Notes under the pieces: model-generated
Databases searched by the model: none
Told to the model about the DNA's origin: nothing
The model's input: only the letters and a program-made list of their open reading frames with translations
Assembly: GCA_016187745.1 (NCBI GenBank)
Contig: JACPJC010000005.1
Coordinates: 214,668-278,667, forward strand
Source of the DNA: Candidatus Iainarchaeum sp.
GTDB lineage: Archaea > Iainarchaeota > Iainarchaeia > Iainarchaeales > JAXPJC01
Length of the DNA stretch: 64,000 bases
Direction: 5' to 3'
Program-made: the position numbers and the translations under genes
In this document: positions 9,396 to 18,733 of the stretch, piece by piece
How the letters are laid out: each line of letters begins with the position of its first letter
Position numbering within the stretch: position 1 is the stretch's first letter

Positions 9396-10247
9396 TTAGC
9401 GCCTTGCGGTTGTCGGGCGTTTTTCATAGATTCTTTTCATGGAGCCCCTTCTGAACCTTGACTTCTTTGCCCTTGTTGTCTCTGAGAACTGGTCAATTAC
9501 ATAAGTTTGGCCCTTTTCTCCTGGCCTGTCCCTCAATTTGATTAATATGTTTGGCGAAACAAAATCAGGGCTCGGATAAGCTAAGCCCGCACTTTCATAA
9601 TGCCTGATAAGCCGGCCTTGCGCATTATAAATTGATTTTCCAAATCCCACTACCAGCCCCCAAGCCTCGTGCTTTAAATCACTAGGCAATTGCCCTAATG
9701 ACAATGGATCCTTTATGTATCGCATTGCGAGAAAAGGCCCTTTGTAGGCGATTACTTCTGCCACTCTCAACTCGAAATTTTTTGACTCCGGAAGCATTTT
9801 GTTTGCTGTCAGCCAGTTATATATTTTATGCAGGCTGTGCAGGGTTTTTGCCTGGTTTTCTGGGCTGCTCCTTGCGCCCTTCTTGAATTTTTTAATTATC
9901 AAATCATACCAATGCATTCCGCTTGAAGAAACGAAAACATTTTCCTTGCCCAAATGAAAATGCCTTACTTCACCCTCTCCCCCGCCGCCGATTCTTGGCA
10001 ATTTCAGGAAGAACTCATTAGTGAAAATCCCAGGAAACTGCCGCTCCAGTTTTGCCCTGTTGTATCTCCATTTTTCAATGCGCCCCAGCCAATCTACTTT
10101 TAAATCAGGCAACGGACTCCCCAATGGCGCACCCAACCCCTGCTTTTTTTCCAAATATCCTTTCACACTTTTCGGAAGCCTTTCAGTTTCAAACAACTTC
10201 CTTCTTCTTTCCCTTTCTAATCCCTTTATCCATTTAGGTCTTGCCAT
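9396..10247 (-). CDS. Protein-kinase-like fold hypothetical protein with basic termini
   Basis: IGGGGEGEV Gly loop, IIKK, PDFVSPNILI catalytic-loop-like segment, YVID; probable start MARPK. Confidence 0.55.
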   Translation of the reverse strand: MARPKWIKGLERERRRKLFETERLPKSVKGYLEKKQGLGAPLGSPLPDLKVDWLGRIEKWRYNRAKLERQFPGIFTNEFFLKLPRIGGGGEGEVRHFHLGKENVFVSSSGMHWYDLIIKKFKKGARSSPENQAKTLHSLHKIYNWLTANKMLPESKNFELRVAEVIAYKGPFLAMRYIKDPLSLGQLPSDLKHEAWGLVVGFGKSIYNAQGRLIRHYESAGLAYPSPDFVSPNILIKLRDRPGEKGQTYVIDQFSETTRAKKSRFRRGSMKRIYEKRPTTARR

Positions 10248-10815
10248 TTTTAACAGCCTCTTGCCTGTCAAGTATCTGACCAAGCGCTTCAATCAGATTG
10301 AGCGCCTGCTTCTTTCTCTTAACAACAGTTTCAAAGTTTGTTTCGGTTTCAAAGCGCTTTGTTACGTGCATAACAATATTCCTAAATGCGCTTATTGCCT
10401 TCAAATCCTCCCTGAATTCCTTTTTGCTCCTGTAAATTTCCTGCTGGGAGAACAAATTCCCGTTTTCAAGCAGGCATCTGATAAAATCATTCATATTTTT
10501 TTCATTCAGTTCCTTAACCGGATTATTGCACCATTCATTAACCCTGTATAACTTTGACTCTATTTCGCTCAGCAGAACAAAAAATGCGATTCTCAGGGGC
10601 CGTTTAAGCAAAAATGCGCGCTCAACCACCCTTCCATCATCAAGCATCAGGCATTCATTCTTTTCAAGCAAATCAAGCGCATCAAAAACCGGGAGCTTTC
10701 CATCAACAGCTGCGGAAGTGCAGTAATTTTTCCCGCCATTTTTTCTTGCAAGCAAATCAACAGTCATCTGGCCTGAAATGCTGCTGAAAAACTTCTCAAA
10801 ATCTCCTTTGCGCAT
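10234..10815 (-). CDS. Hypothetical protein with HEPN-like Rx4H motif
   Basis: LSEIESKL helix and FRNIVMH motif. Confidence 0.55.
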   Translation of the reverse strand: MRKGDFEKFFSSISGQMTVDLLARKNGGKNYCTSAAVDGKLPVFDALDLLEKNECLMLDDGRVVERAFLLKRPLRIAFFVLLSEIESKLYRVNEWCNNPVKELNEKNMNDFIRCLLENGNLFSQQEIYRSKKEFREDLKAISAFRNIVMHVTKRFETETNFETVVKRKKQALNLIEALGQILDRQEAVKNGKT

Positions 10816-10818
10816 ATG

Positions 10819-11592
10819 TCAATTACCTTCCTTAAGTATTATTATATTTCCCCTTCCGCGCTTTATCTTCTTTACTATTCCCGCATCTTCAAGCTCGCTC
10901 AGTATCAGGGAAATTTTCGCCTCCCCTATCCCGGTTATTTTGTCGCGCAGCTCTTTCTGCGTCAATCTGTTGCCTGATTTGCGCAATGCCTCAATAACCT
11001 CTTTCGCATACTTGTCCGGCGCATATTGCGCATTCCGCTGCTCCGCCTGCTGCGCCCCATGCGCTGCTTTTTCCGGATCCCATCTTATTGGGACTGCAGT
11101 TTCCTCAATATTCCTTATCCGCCCCCTGAAGAAAAGGAAAACTGCTGCAATTACAGCAATGAATGCGGCAAAGGCAATGGCAAAATAAAGCGGGTTGAAC
11201 CCCCCCGCGCTTAATCCATCCCTAATATCAATATCAGCATCAGGGAATTCAGGCAAAGCCCCATCATCAATTGCAGGCAGCATTATCAAGTCAATAATGT
11301 AATTCCCGTCCTCAACAATAAGCACATTCTCATCCGCAGAATATTTCAGCGCAGAATCCTCATAATACTCCGCATGAAGGCTGTAATTTCCCCTTGGAAG
11401 GAAAAATTCATAATCCCCGTTTTTTGAAACATACCTCTGCTCCGGAACAGAATTCACATCAATTACAACATTGTCAAGCTCATTCAGCGAGAACCACTCA
11501 TACACCTTCCCATGCACATATGCCGAATCGGCGTTGCTGAGCAGAAAAACCAGAATTGCAGCAACCGCAAGCAATTTCTTCATTAAAATCAT
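10819..11592 (-). CDS. Membrane-anchored winged-helix regulator (extracellular beta domain, TM, wHTH)
   Basis: Signal peptide, TM FAIAFAAFIAVIAAVFLFF, C-terminal LTQKELR...EAKISLILSELEDAG.VKKIKRGRGN. Confidence 0.85.
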   Translation of the reverse strand: MILMKKLLAVAAILVFLLSNADSAYVHGKVYEWFSLNELDNVVIDVNSVPEQRYVSKNGDYEFFLPRGNYSLHAEYYEDSALKYSADENVLIVEDGNYIIDLIMLPAIDDGALPEFPDADIDIRDGLSAGGFNPLYFAIAFAAFIAVIAAVFLFFRGRIRNIEETAVPIRWDPEKAAHGAQQAEQRNAQYAPDKYAKEVIEALRKSGNRLTQKELRDKITGIGEAKISLILSELEDAGIVKKIKRGRGNIIILKEGN

Positions 11593-11608
11593 TTCCCACA
11601 AAAAGTAA

Positions 11609-11680
11609 TTTAAACCGAGCGTAAATCTTAAGCGGCGCGCATAAACCTTAATTTAGCGCAAAAAGCCCGCATAAAGCTTT
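11609..11680. promoter_or_regulatory. Phased direct repeats GCRTAAANCTT between divergent genes
   Basis: Copies at 11619, 11639 and 11669 (spacing 20 and 30 bp). Confidence 0.45.
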
Positions 11681-11778
11681 GTTTTTTGCTGCACAAAAAG
11701 AATGTATTTAAATAAACCCGGCAGCATTATCTGCGTGCAGGAAAGCACAAATTCAAAATAAGAAGGGAGGCAAATAAA

Positions 11779-13329
11779 ATGAACGCAAAAATAATTCCAG
11801 CCCTGGTTGCCATGCTTTTCCTATTCAGCATTCTGCCAACGGCAATTGCTGCCGAAAAGGGCGCCGAGAGCGGCAAGGCAATGGATGCCAGCAAGCTTGA
11901 AATATTGAAAGAACTTAAAGACCTCAAGAAGGGAGAATTGGACAAATACAAGGACTTAAAAAGCGATGAAATAGATAAATTCCAGAATCTGCGCAGGGAA
12001 GCCTTCAGGCGCATAAATGCGCTGAGCAAAGATGAAATAGAGAAGCTCAAGGAACTTTCAAAAGAGGACATAAACGGCTTCGGGCAGCTCGTGAGCGGCA
12101 AACTGCGCATTTTGGTCCAGCTGCGCAAGGAAGATTTGGAAAAACTGAAAGGCCTGAAAAAAGAGCAGCTCTACAAGATTGCTGCGCTGAAAAAGGAAGA
12201 GCTCAACAAACTGAAGGAGCTGAAAAAAGTCGACATAAACAATTTCAGCGAGCTTGATATGGAAACGCTGCAGAATATGCTCGAACTGAACAAGGAGGAA
12301 CTTGAGAAGTTTGGCGGATCAAGCGGCAGGGGGCTTGACAAGCTTTCGCAGCTGGGCAAGGAAGGCATACGCAAACTGGCACTGCTTTCCCGCGATGAAA
12401 TAAAATCCATAGTCTCAAAACTTCCTGAAATGTACAAGTACAGGAAGAACTACCTTGAGGCAAAAGAAAACTACAAGGTCCTGAGGGAGGAATTCATCGA
12501 AGCCAGAAAATACTTCATGGATTCGAAATCCGACTTCCTCAAGGCAAGAAACGCCTACAGGGATGCGAATGCAGATGCAGACAGGGAAGCGCTGAAGGAA
12601 GAGCTAAGGAAAAGGGCAATTGAAGCGCTTTTGGACCAAGTGGATGCAGCAATAAAGCATCTCCAAACTTTGAAGGAAAAGGGCATTGCCACTGAGAGCG
12701 TGGATGCAGAGATTGCGGGCTTCGAGGCGCACAAGCCAGTCCTTGAAAACCCAGAGGTTACGGCAGAGCAAATAGTTCAGGAATCCAAAAAAATAAATGC
12801 GCATCTTGCAAAGGTTAAAAAGGCGTCAAAACTGCAGGCAGGCAAGTCCCTTGACAACAGGATTGCAGCAATAATAAGGCAGGCTGAAAATGCCTACACA
12901 AAAATCTCTGCCCTGCTTGACAAGCTGGAATCCCGCGGAAAAGATGCAAGCGAATTGCGCGATGCGCTTTCCGCATTCGCAGAGGACATAAACAAAACAA
13001 GGGAAGCATATGAAAATGCAAAGGAGAAATGGGAAGCGGCAGAAACAGCGGAAGATGCAGACAAAATCCTCAGGGAAGGCCACGAGTATGTGAAGAACGC
13101 GCACAGGAGATTGAAGCACGCATTCCACATCCTGAAACAGATAATACACAACTACAACAAGCTTCAGAGCGGGGAAGAAACAGAAGCAATAGAGATAGAG
13201 CCGATAACAGATGCGCCGGTTGAGATAACTGCGGATGCAGACCAAACAAATGCAGATACCAGCGGGGGGCTGGTTCAGCCGGCATCGGCAGATGCAAACA
13301 CTGATGCAGAAGTGGGTGAAGCAGAATGA
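11779..13329 (+). CDS. Secreted coiled-coil protein with ~11-aa L-K-E repeats and acidic tail
   Basis: Signal peptide, GGAGG RBS, repeated LKELxKEEL units. Confidence 0.8.
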   Translation: MNAKIIPALVAMLFLFSILPTAIAAEKGAESGKAMDASKLEILKELKDLKKGELDKYKDLKSDEIDKFQNLRREAFRRINALSKDEIEKLKELSKEDINGFGQLVSGKLRILVQLRKEDLEKLKGLKKEQLYKIAALKKEELNKLKELKKVDINNFSELDMETLQNMLELNKEELEKFGGSSGRGLDKLSQLGKEGIRKLALLSRDEIKSIVSKLPEMYKYRKNYLEAKENYKVLREEFIEARKYFMDSKSDFLKARNAYRDANADADREALKEELRKRAIEALLDQVDAAIKHLQTLKEKGIATESVDAEIAGFEAHKPVLENPEVTAEQIVQESKKINAHLAKVKKASKLQAGKSLDNRIAAIIRQAENAYTKISALLDKLESRGKDASELRDALSAFAEDINKTREAYENAKEKWEAAETAEDADKILREGHEYVKNAHRRLKHAFHILKQIIHNYNKLQSGEETEAIEIEPITDAPVEITADADQTNADTSGGLVQPASADANTDAEVGEAE

Positions 13330-13589
13330 AGCTATCTTGCATAATCCCAATAGTATTGATTGCAGTCCTGCTTCTGCTTTTCGGCTGCGTGCAGAACGGA
13401 AAAACAGGCGATGCTGAAGGAGTTCTTGCAAGCGCGCAGCTTGAGGGAACCGGAAGCTCCGCATCAGACATTACCGCGGAAAATGTTTCGGACATAGGCA
13501 CAAGCATAGATGCAACAGCAGATGCCATTGAGGGCTTTGAGGATACCGAGCTTGAGGAACTCCCAATAGATGAAACAACCTTCCAGTAA
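13326..13589 (+). CDS. Small acidic lipoprotein
   Basis: LLFGC lipobox; ATGA overlap; followed by a T-rich terminator-like tract. Confidence 0.7.
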   Translation: MKLSCIIPIVLIAVLLLLFGCVQNGKTGDAEGVLASAQLEGTGSSASDITAENVSDIGTSIDATADAIEGFEDTELEELPIDETTFQ

Positions 13590-13712
13590 ATCGGATTGTT
13601 GTTTCATTTTTTTCTTTTTTTATTTTTAACCGGCTATTGTGCAATTACGGTTTCTCGGAAACGGACCACAGAAGCCCGAAATATTTCCTGTAAGTTGAAC
13701 TTCTCCAGCGTT

Positions 13713-14546
13713 TTATTGCGCAGCATCAAAATTCCTTGCGATTTTTGATAGGATTTTGTTGCTTTGCTTCATGTCCCTGCCCATGCGCTTCACGCTGCCG
13801 CCCATAGTTTTTATACTATTGTTTATGCCCTTCAGGGTCTTGGAAACAGAGCCATACTTGCCGTCTAACTTGCTGAAGTTATTGGAGGTTTCTTTCCTGA
13901 AGGAGTCAGTTTTTCCCCCAAGTGTAGACCCAAGCCTCTTGAAATTATTTGAAGTTTCTTTCCTAAATGTGTCCGTTTTGCCGCCCAAAGTATTTTCAAG
14001 CCTTTTGAAATTGCTTGAAGTTTCCTTCCTGAATGAGTCCGTCTTTCCACCCAGGGTATTTTCAAGCCGTTTTAAATTATTGGAGCTCTCTTTCCTGAAT
14101 GATTTTGTTTCTGACATTAGCGAGTCGGTTTTTGAGTTCAGGGAATGCATCATCAGCGTTGCAATTTCCGCCTTTTCTATCATCTCCCTATTTTCAAGGC
14201 TAAGCTCTTTCCCATAATCTATTTCAAAGACCCCAAGCCCCCTGCCTGGCATTATAAATTCCTCATCCCCCCCAAAGAGAACCTTAATCTTCCCAACATG
14301 AAGCGATAACGGATCTGAAGGATTGCCTTTGATGTTTATTTTTTCTATGAAGGCGTATGTTTCCGGTTTCGCCGCTCGCGCATAAATTTCCACAGAACCA
14401 TCATCCAGATTGCGCGCAAAGCCCCTAATTTGCATGTTCTTCGCTATCTGCTTTGCATATGCGCGGAAGCCAACGCCCTGAACATTCCCGAAAACCAGAA
14501 TTCTTGCTATTGCCAAGTTTTCACATAAATACTTGCATGCAACCAA
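13713..14546 (-). CDS. Acylphosphatase fused to a repeat-containing coiled-coil tail
   Basis: GNVQGVGFR and RNLDDGSVEI motifs. Confidence 0.85.
   Translation of the reverse strand: MVACKYLCENLAIARILVFGNVQGVGFRAYAKQIAKNMQIRGFARNLDDGSVEIYARAAKPETYAFIEKINIKGNPSDPLSLHVGKIKVLFGGDEEFIMPGRGLGVFEIDYGKELSLENREMIEKAEIATLMMHSLNSKTDSLMSETKSFRKESSNNLKRLENTLGGKTDSFRKETSSNFKRLENTLGGKTDTFRKETSNNFKRLGSTLGGKTDSFRKETSNNFSKLDGKYGSVSKTLKGINNSIKTMGGSVKRMGRDMKQSNKILSKIARNFDAAQ
13875..14106 (-). repeat. 66-bp coding tandem repeat, about 3.5 units (GGKTDSFRKETSNNFKRLENTL)
   Basis: Visible in both DNA and translation. Confidence 0.85.
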
Positions 14547-14593
14547 TATTTAAGCATTCCTATTTTTACGCTTATTGCCGATACTTTAAATTG

Positions 14594-15604
14594 TCAGGTT
14601 TCAGCCCTGCGGAGCAGCCTTCTCTTTATTTTTCCCGCCTTTTCCCCTATTGCGCGCTTCCCGATCCTTTCTGCAATCTTCTCCTTTATTTTGCGCCTTC
14701 CCACAACGCTTTTTGTAGCGTACTTCAAACCCTGCAGAATTTCCTTCCTGTGCAATGGCTCAACCGCGGGCTCGTAAATATTGCTTTTAAGCTCCTTCAT
14801 CAGCGGCCCCGCCCATATCACATTCCTTTTGTCCTGCAGCGCGCGCAGCAGAAATTCATTTGTAATTTCCTTTGTTTCATCGACCCTCATCCTCAGCATC
14901 CCGCAGCCTATCCTTTCCGCGGAATGCGCGTCGCTCCCTGCGGTAATGAAAGCGGCCTTCTCCCCCAGTTCTATTGGGGCAACGCAGCGGTTTACCAGCT
15001 CCGAGCTTTTCGCATCAATCTTCTTCCTCATTTTTGCCCCTATTTTCCCTATTGCAATCCTTCTCGCGACCCTGTTCCTCTCAAGGAAGCCGAAGAACTT
15101 CAATGGCCTCTTTATCCAGCCCGAATCCAGCACATACCTGTACAAGCTTCCTATCATCCCGTCGTATGTTTCCACCCCGATATAATTGCGCTCGACAATC
15201 CTCTCAAGGCTTTTCCTCCCTATCAAGTAAGCCGCGCTGTCCTGGCTGAATCCCCAGGGGTGCGCAATGCTAAGGAGCAAATTATTCTCTTTTGCAATTT
15301 CAATTGCCCTTTCTATTGGCAGATCAATTTGAAGCAGCTCGGGAATTCCATAAATGCTTTCATCCTTGCAGTAAGCAATTACATGCCCTATGTTTGTTTT
15401 CAGCTCAATCCCCGGAATAAGAAGCACGCCCTCCGGCTTCTCCGCTGCAATCCTCTCATATGCCTCCTTGGGGTTGTGCTCCGCGTGTTCCGTAATTGCA
15501 ACGGCATCCAGGCCTATCTCAAGTACGCGCTTCCAGTACTCAGAGGCTTTAGTGTCCTTTTCAATTGCGTGAGTGTGAAGGTCCGCGCTGATGGTTTTGT
15601 GCAT
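14594..15604 (-). CDS. PHP-domain metal-dependent phosphoesterase
   Basis: DLHTH, AITEH, PGIEL, GHV, AHP, GSDAH. Confidence 0.9.
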   Translation of the reverse strand: MHKTISADLHTHAIEKDTKASEYWKRVLEIGLDAVAITEHAEHNPKEAYERIAAEKPEGVLLIPGIELKTNIGHVIAYCKDESIYGIPELLQIDLPIERAIEIAKENNLLLSIAHPWGFSQDSAAYLIGRKSLERIVERNYIGVETYDGMIGSLYRYVLDSGWIKRPLKFFGFLERNRVARRIAIGKIGAKMRKKIDAKSSELVNRCVAPIELGEKAAFITAGSDAHSAERIGCGMLRMRVDETKEITNEFLLRALQDKRNVIWAGPLMKELKSNIYEPAVEPLHRKEILQGLKYATKSVVGRRKIKEKIAERIGKRAIGEKAGKIKRRLLRRAET

Positions 15605-15656
15605 TATAATTAGATATGCAGAAAGTTATTTATAGGTTTACAAACCCAATTCTACA

Positions 15657-16043
15657 ATGAGCAGGAATTTTGATGATGTTGCAAAACTCATAGATAAAAT
15701 GCTTTCCAAAAAAGGGGATGTTGCTGACAGGAGTTTATCGCTCAGCGCGGAAGCAGATAATTTAATTGAAGAGGCAAGGGAAGTCAAGCAGGAAACACTC
15801 AGGCGCAGGATTGATGCAAAGTGCTTGAAAGAAGAAATTGGTGATGTTCTCTGGGATGTCATCCTCCTGAGCAAGATTTCCGAAAAGAAAAAATTGTTTA
15901 CGCTTGATGAGATGCTTAAAGCGCTGAAAATTAAAATAAAAAAACGCAACCCGCATGTTTTCGGGAAGGAAAAGGCGAATTCACTGGAAGAGGCGGTTGA
16001 AGCAAAGAGAAGGGCAAAAAAGGAGTGGAAAGCAGAACAATAG
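15657..16043 (+). CDS. MazG-like nucleotide pyrophosphohydrolase
   Basis: LIEEAREV, EEIGDVLW, RNPHVFG. Confidence 0.88.
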   Translation: MSRNFDDVAKLIDKMLSKKGDVADRSLSLSAEADNLIEEAREVKQETLRRRIDAKCLKEEIGDVLWDVILLSKISEKKKLFTLDEMLKALKIKIKKRNPHVFGKEKANSLEEAVEAKRRAKKEWKAEQ

Positions 16044-16126
16044 TGCATTTTCAAGCCCAGAATTAATCATAATCTATTTAATTACTCCGCAGTAATATGC
16101 AAATACAAGCAAAAGGGGATTGTCGT

Positions 16127-16729
16127 ATGGGAATATACTCGCTAGTTCTGGTCCCTAATGCAGGGGATATAAGGCTTTTTGAAAAATTAATGGAAAGCGC
16201 TTCTGCCATTTCAGGCGCAAAGAAAAAGGGGATTCCCCCGCACATTTCACTAAGGGAAACATTTGAAACAAGGGATATTGATGGCCTGATGAACGAGATT
16301 TCCGGATTTGTAAATAAATTTTTTCCCATTAAAATAAGTTTTGATGGATATAAAATCCTGCACAGGGAATACGCAGTCCTGGAAGCAGTTAAAACAAGAA
16401 AACTTCAGGAGCTGCACAAAAAGACAGTAAAAGCAGTAGACAAGTACAGGACAAATTATGTCCTGGAGAAATACAAAAAAGGCAAAGCCAGCCTTACCAA
16501 AAAACAAAAGGCCTATCTGAATCTGCACGGCTATCCTTATTGCCTTTATTTTTATCTGCCCCACATGACATTGGTCTATGGGATTAACCCGAAGAAACTT
16601 GCAAAAGCCAAGGCGTTTCTGGGCAAGCAGAAAATCCCAAAAAGCATAAGGATTGGTGCGATTACGCTGCTCAAAAAGAGCAATGCCAGAAAGATGGAGT
16701 GGGCTAAAAAGCTCATCATATCAAAATAA
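16127..16729 (+). CDS. 2H phosphoesterase (2'-5' RNA ligase family)
   Basis: Two HxS/T motifs: PHISL and PHMTL. Confidence 0.8.
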   Translation: MGIYSLVLVPNAGDIRLFEKLMESASAISGAKKKGIPPHISLRETFETRDIDGLMNEISGFVNKFFPIKISFDGYKILHREYAVLEAVKTRKLQELHKKTVKAVDKYRTNYVLEKYKKGKASLTKKQKAYLNLHGYPYCLYFYLPHMTLVYGINPKKLAKAKAFLGKQKIPKSIRIGAITLLKKSNARKMEWAKKLIISK

Positions 16730-16761
16730 CAAATAGCCTTGCTGTTGGTTTGTATATTATA

Positions 16762-18033
16762 TTATTTTCTAGGCTCATTCTCTATTAACCACTGCCATGC
16801 GGGTTTGACTATTATTTTTTTGTTAGATCTTGTTAGTTGTTGCTCCTGATATAACGTCAATATAATGCCCTGTTTTGCCTTTATCTGCCCCATAGCCTCT
16901 GTTAGGCCTTTAATTTCTCTGGATATGTTGCTTTCATTTAATTCATAGCATGCTTGCATCGCTTGTTTATCATCAACAATTACGAAATCACATTCCGCAT
17001 TAGTCTTTCCCTTGTAATAGTAAAACTCTTTTCCAAGCCTTTTCAATTGTATTGCTATAAGATTCTCCAGCAATACCCCTTTTTTTTCATTTATGTTCGG
17101 GGTGTTTTTCATCATTATTCCATTATCTATGCAATATACCTTCTTGGGATTTTTGTCAAATCGTTTAATTTTTCTTTCATATTTGTGCGTTGTAAATATG
17201 ATATAGGACTCTTCTGCGCATCCGATATATTTTTGGATGGTATTAATACTTTTTATGCCGAAATTGTTTATTATCGACCTATAAGTTATTGGATTCGCAA
17301 CATTTGCTATTAGGAATTTCAGCACCGCCTTAAGTTCAACAGGTTTCCTTATATTATGCCTGCTTACTATGTCTTTCTGTATTATGTCATTTATTACCTG
17401 GGTCAGAACCGCAGTGTTTGAAAACACAACCAATTCAGGCATGCCGCCATTTTCAAAATATTCCCTGAATTTTTTTGAGAAGAGGGCCCTTTCTTGCGTA
17501 GAATAAAGGCCTTTTTCAGGCAGCTTTATCTTGCATGCCCTGAGGAATTCTGTAAATGAAAAAGGATAAAGCTCTATGTCAACATGTCTTCCAGTAAGGT
17601 GTGTGCCAAGTTCCCTGCTCAGGAGATTTGCATTAGATCCCGTAATAAATACAGTGTAGCCTTCCCTCAATATCCTATTTATGAAAAGCTCCCAACCATT
17701 AATGTTTTGTATCTCATCAAAGAATACATTTCTCCTTTCTCCGAATAGCTCAATAAAGATTTCCATCAATGTCTGAAAATCTTCAGACTTGAAACCAGTT
17801 ATTCTTTCATCATCAAAGTTAAAATAGTAAAAATTATTCTCAAATTTCGCCCTGATTATCTGCTTCAAAAGAGTGCTTTTTCCGCATCTCCTTAATCCCT
17901 TGATTACAAATGCCGAAGTTCCCTTATACGAGGATATTTCAGGAAAGACGCTTCTTGGTACAGAATCTTCCAGAGATTCAAATTCCCTCAACTGGTCCTT
18001 TATTACAGTCCCCAAGACTGACCTTGGAATCAT
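16762..18033 (-). CDS. AAA_14/DUF4143 ATP-binding protein
   Basis: GLRRCGKST, FFDEIQ, ITGS, LTGR, GGMP, KVYCIDNG, LENL, ECDF. Confidence 0.92.
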   Translation of the reverse strand: MIPRSVLGTVIKDQLREFESLEDSVPRSVFPEISSYKGTSAFVIKGLRRCGKSTLLKQIIRAKFENNFYYFNFDDERITGFKSEDFQTLMEIFIELFGERRNVFFDEIQNINGWELFINRILREGYTVFITGSNANLLSRELGTHLTGRHVDIELYPFSFTEFLRACKIKLPEKGLYSTQERALFSKKFREYFENGGMPELVVFSNTAVLTQVINDIIQKDIVSRHNIRKPVELKAVLKFLIANVANPITYRSIINNFGIKSINTIQKYIGCAEESYIIFTTHKYERKIKRFDKNPKKVYCIDNGIMMKNTPNINEKKGVLLENLIAIQLKRLGKEFYYYKGKTNAECDFVIVDDKQAMQACYELNESNISREIKGLTEAMGQIKAKQGIILTLYQEQQLTRSNKKIIVKPAWQWLIENEPRK

Positions 18034-18172
18034 AAAGATAATATGCAACAAAAGGTATATAAATATTGACTATTGTAATGAACAATAATGCCTAGTATTG
18101 TTCAATATAATGAACATTATTAAGAGGGCAGGAAGTTGTGGCGGATAAGGGAAATTTAAGCAGATTTGATTT

Positions 18173-18215
18173 TAAACCAAATGGTTGATTTTTGTTCAAC
18201 CGCAGGTATATTAAT
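18173..18215 (+). promoter_or_regulatory. Palindromic operator plus TATA, copy 1
   Basis: taaaccaaatGGTTGAtttttgtTCAACCgcaggTATATTAAT, about 24 nt before the ATG at 18239. Confidence 0.8.
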
Positions 18216-18534
18216 CCTCAGAGCAGGGATTCTGAAAGATGAGTGCAATGTATGAAATGACAAGAGTTCTTTCAGCAAAAACTGCAAAGCGCAGGACCCT
18301 TGCAGACCTTGCAGTTGCCATCCTGGGAAAGGAATGGCCTCTTTCCTTAAATGCCATACATCAAAGAATAACCAAAGGGCATGGAAAAGCCGCATCAATC
18401 CAGGCAACCCATAAGAGCCTTGCAAGGCTTGTAAAGCAGAACATTCTTCTGAAGCAGAAAAAACGCTACAGATTGAGCCCGAAATGGCTTGAGCAAGTCA
18501 ATAATTTCAGCATGCAGACAAAAGAGGCATATGC
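18175..18534 (+). repeat. ~360-bp direct repeat, copy 1 (operator plus short wHTH gene)
   Basis: About 90% identical to 34905..35264 (about 28 mismatches in the 296 coding nt by manual count). Confidence 0.92.
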
Positions 18535-18556
18535 AACCGGAGGCATTAAAAAATGA
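18239..18556 (+). CDS. Stand-alone winged-helix protein, paralog of the N-domain of the 30.6-34.9 kb regulators
   Basis: ILGKEWPLS...SIQATHKSLARL...YRLSPKW. Confidence 0.85.
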   Translation: MSAMYEMTRVLSAKTAKRRTLADLAVAILGKEWPLSLNAIHQRITKGHGKAASIQATHKSLARLVKQNILLKQKKRYRLSPKWLEQVNNFSMQTKEAYATGGIKK

Positions 18557-18684
18557 AGAGAGCCGCCCATTTGTTCTGCAATTCTCCAGCATTTATAATT
18601 ACTTGCGGCAATAGTATAAATCGGGGTCGTGGGGGTTTGAGGCAGTTGATAGGGAGAAATGGGATTCTTGCGATATGTAGGTAA
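18553..18684 (+). CDS. 43-aa Cys-containing ORF (candidate peptide or gene remnant)
   Basis: MKRAAHLFCNSPAFIITCGNSINRGRGGLRQLIGRNGILAICR; GGAGG RBS and ATGA overlap with the wHTH stop. Confidence 0.4.
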   Translation: MKRAAHLFCNSPAFIITCGNSINRGRGGLRQLIGRNGILAICR

Positions 18685-18733
18685 ATCAATCAACATAATT
18701 TTACACTATAATTAATTCAAAAACAGCAAAAGA

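Noticed and set aside
14453-15613. 386-aa plus-strand ORF
   Set aside because: Antisense shadow of the PHP gene; no motifs
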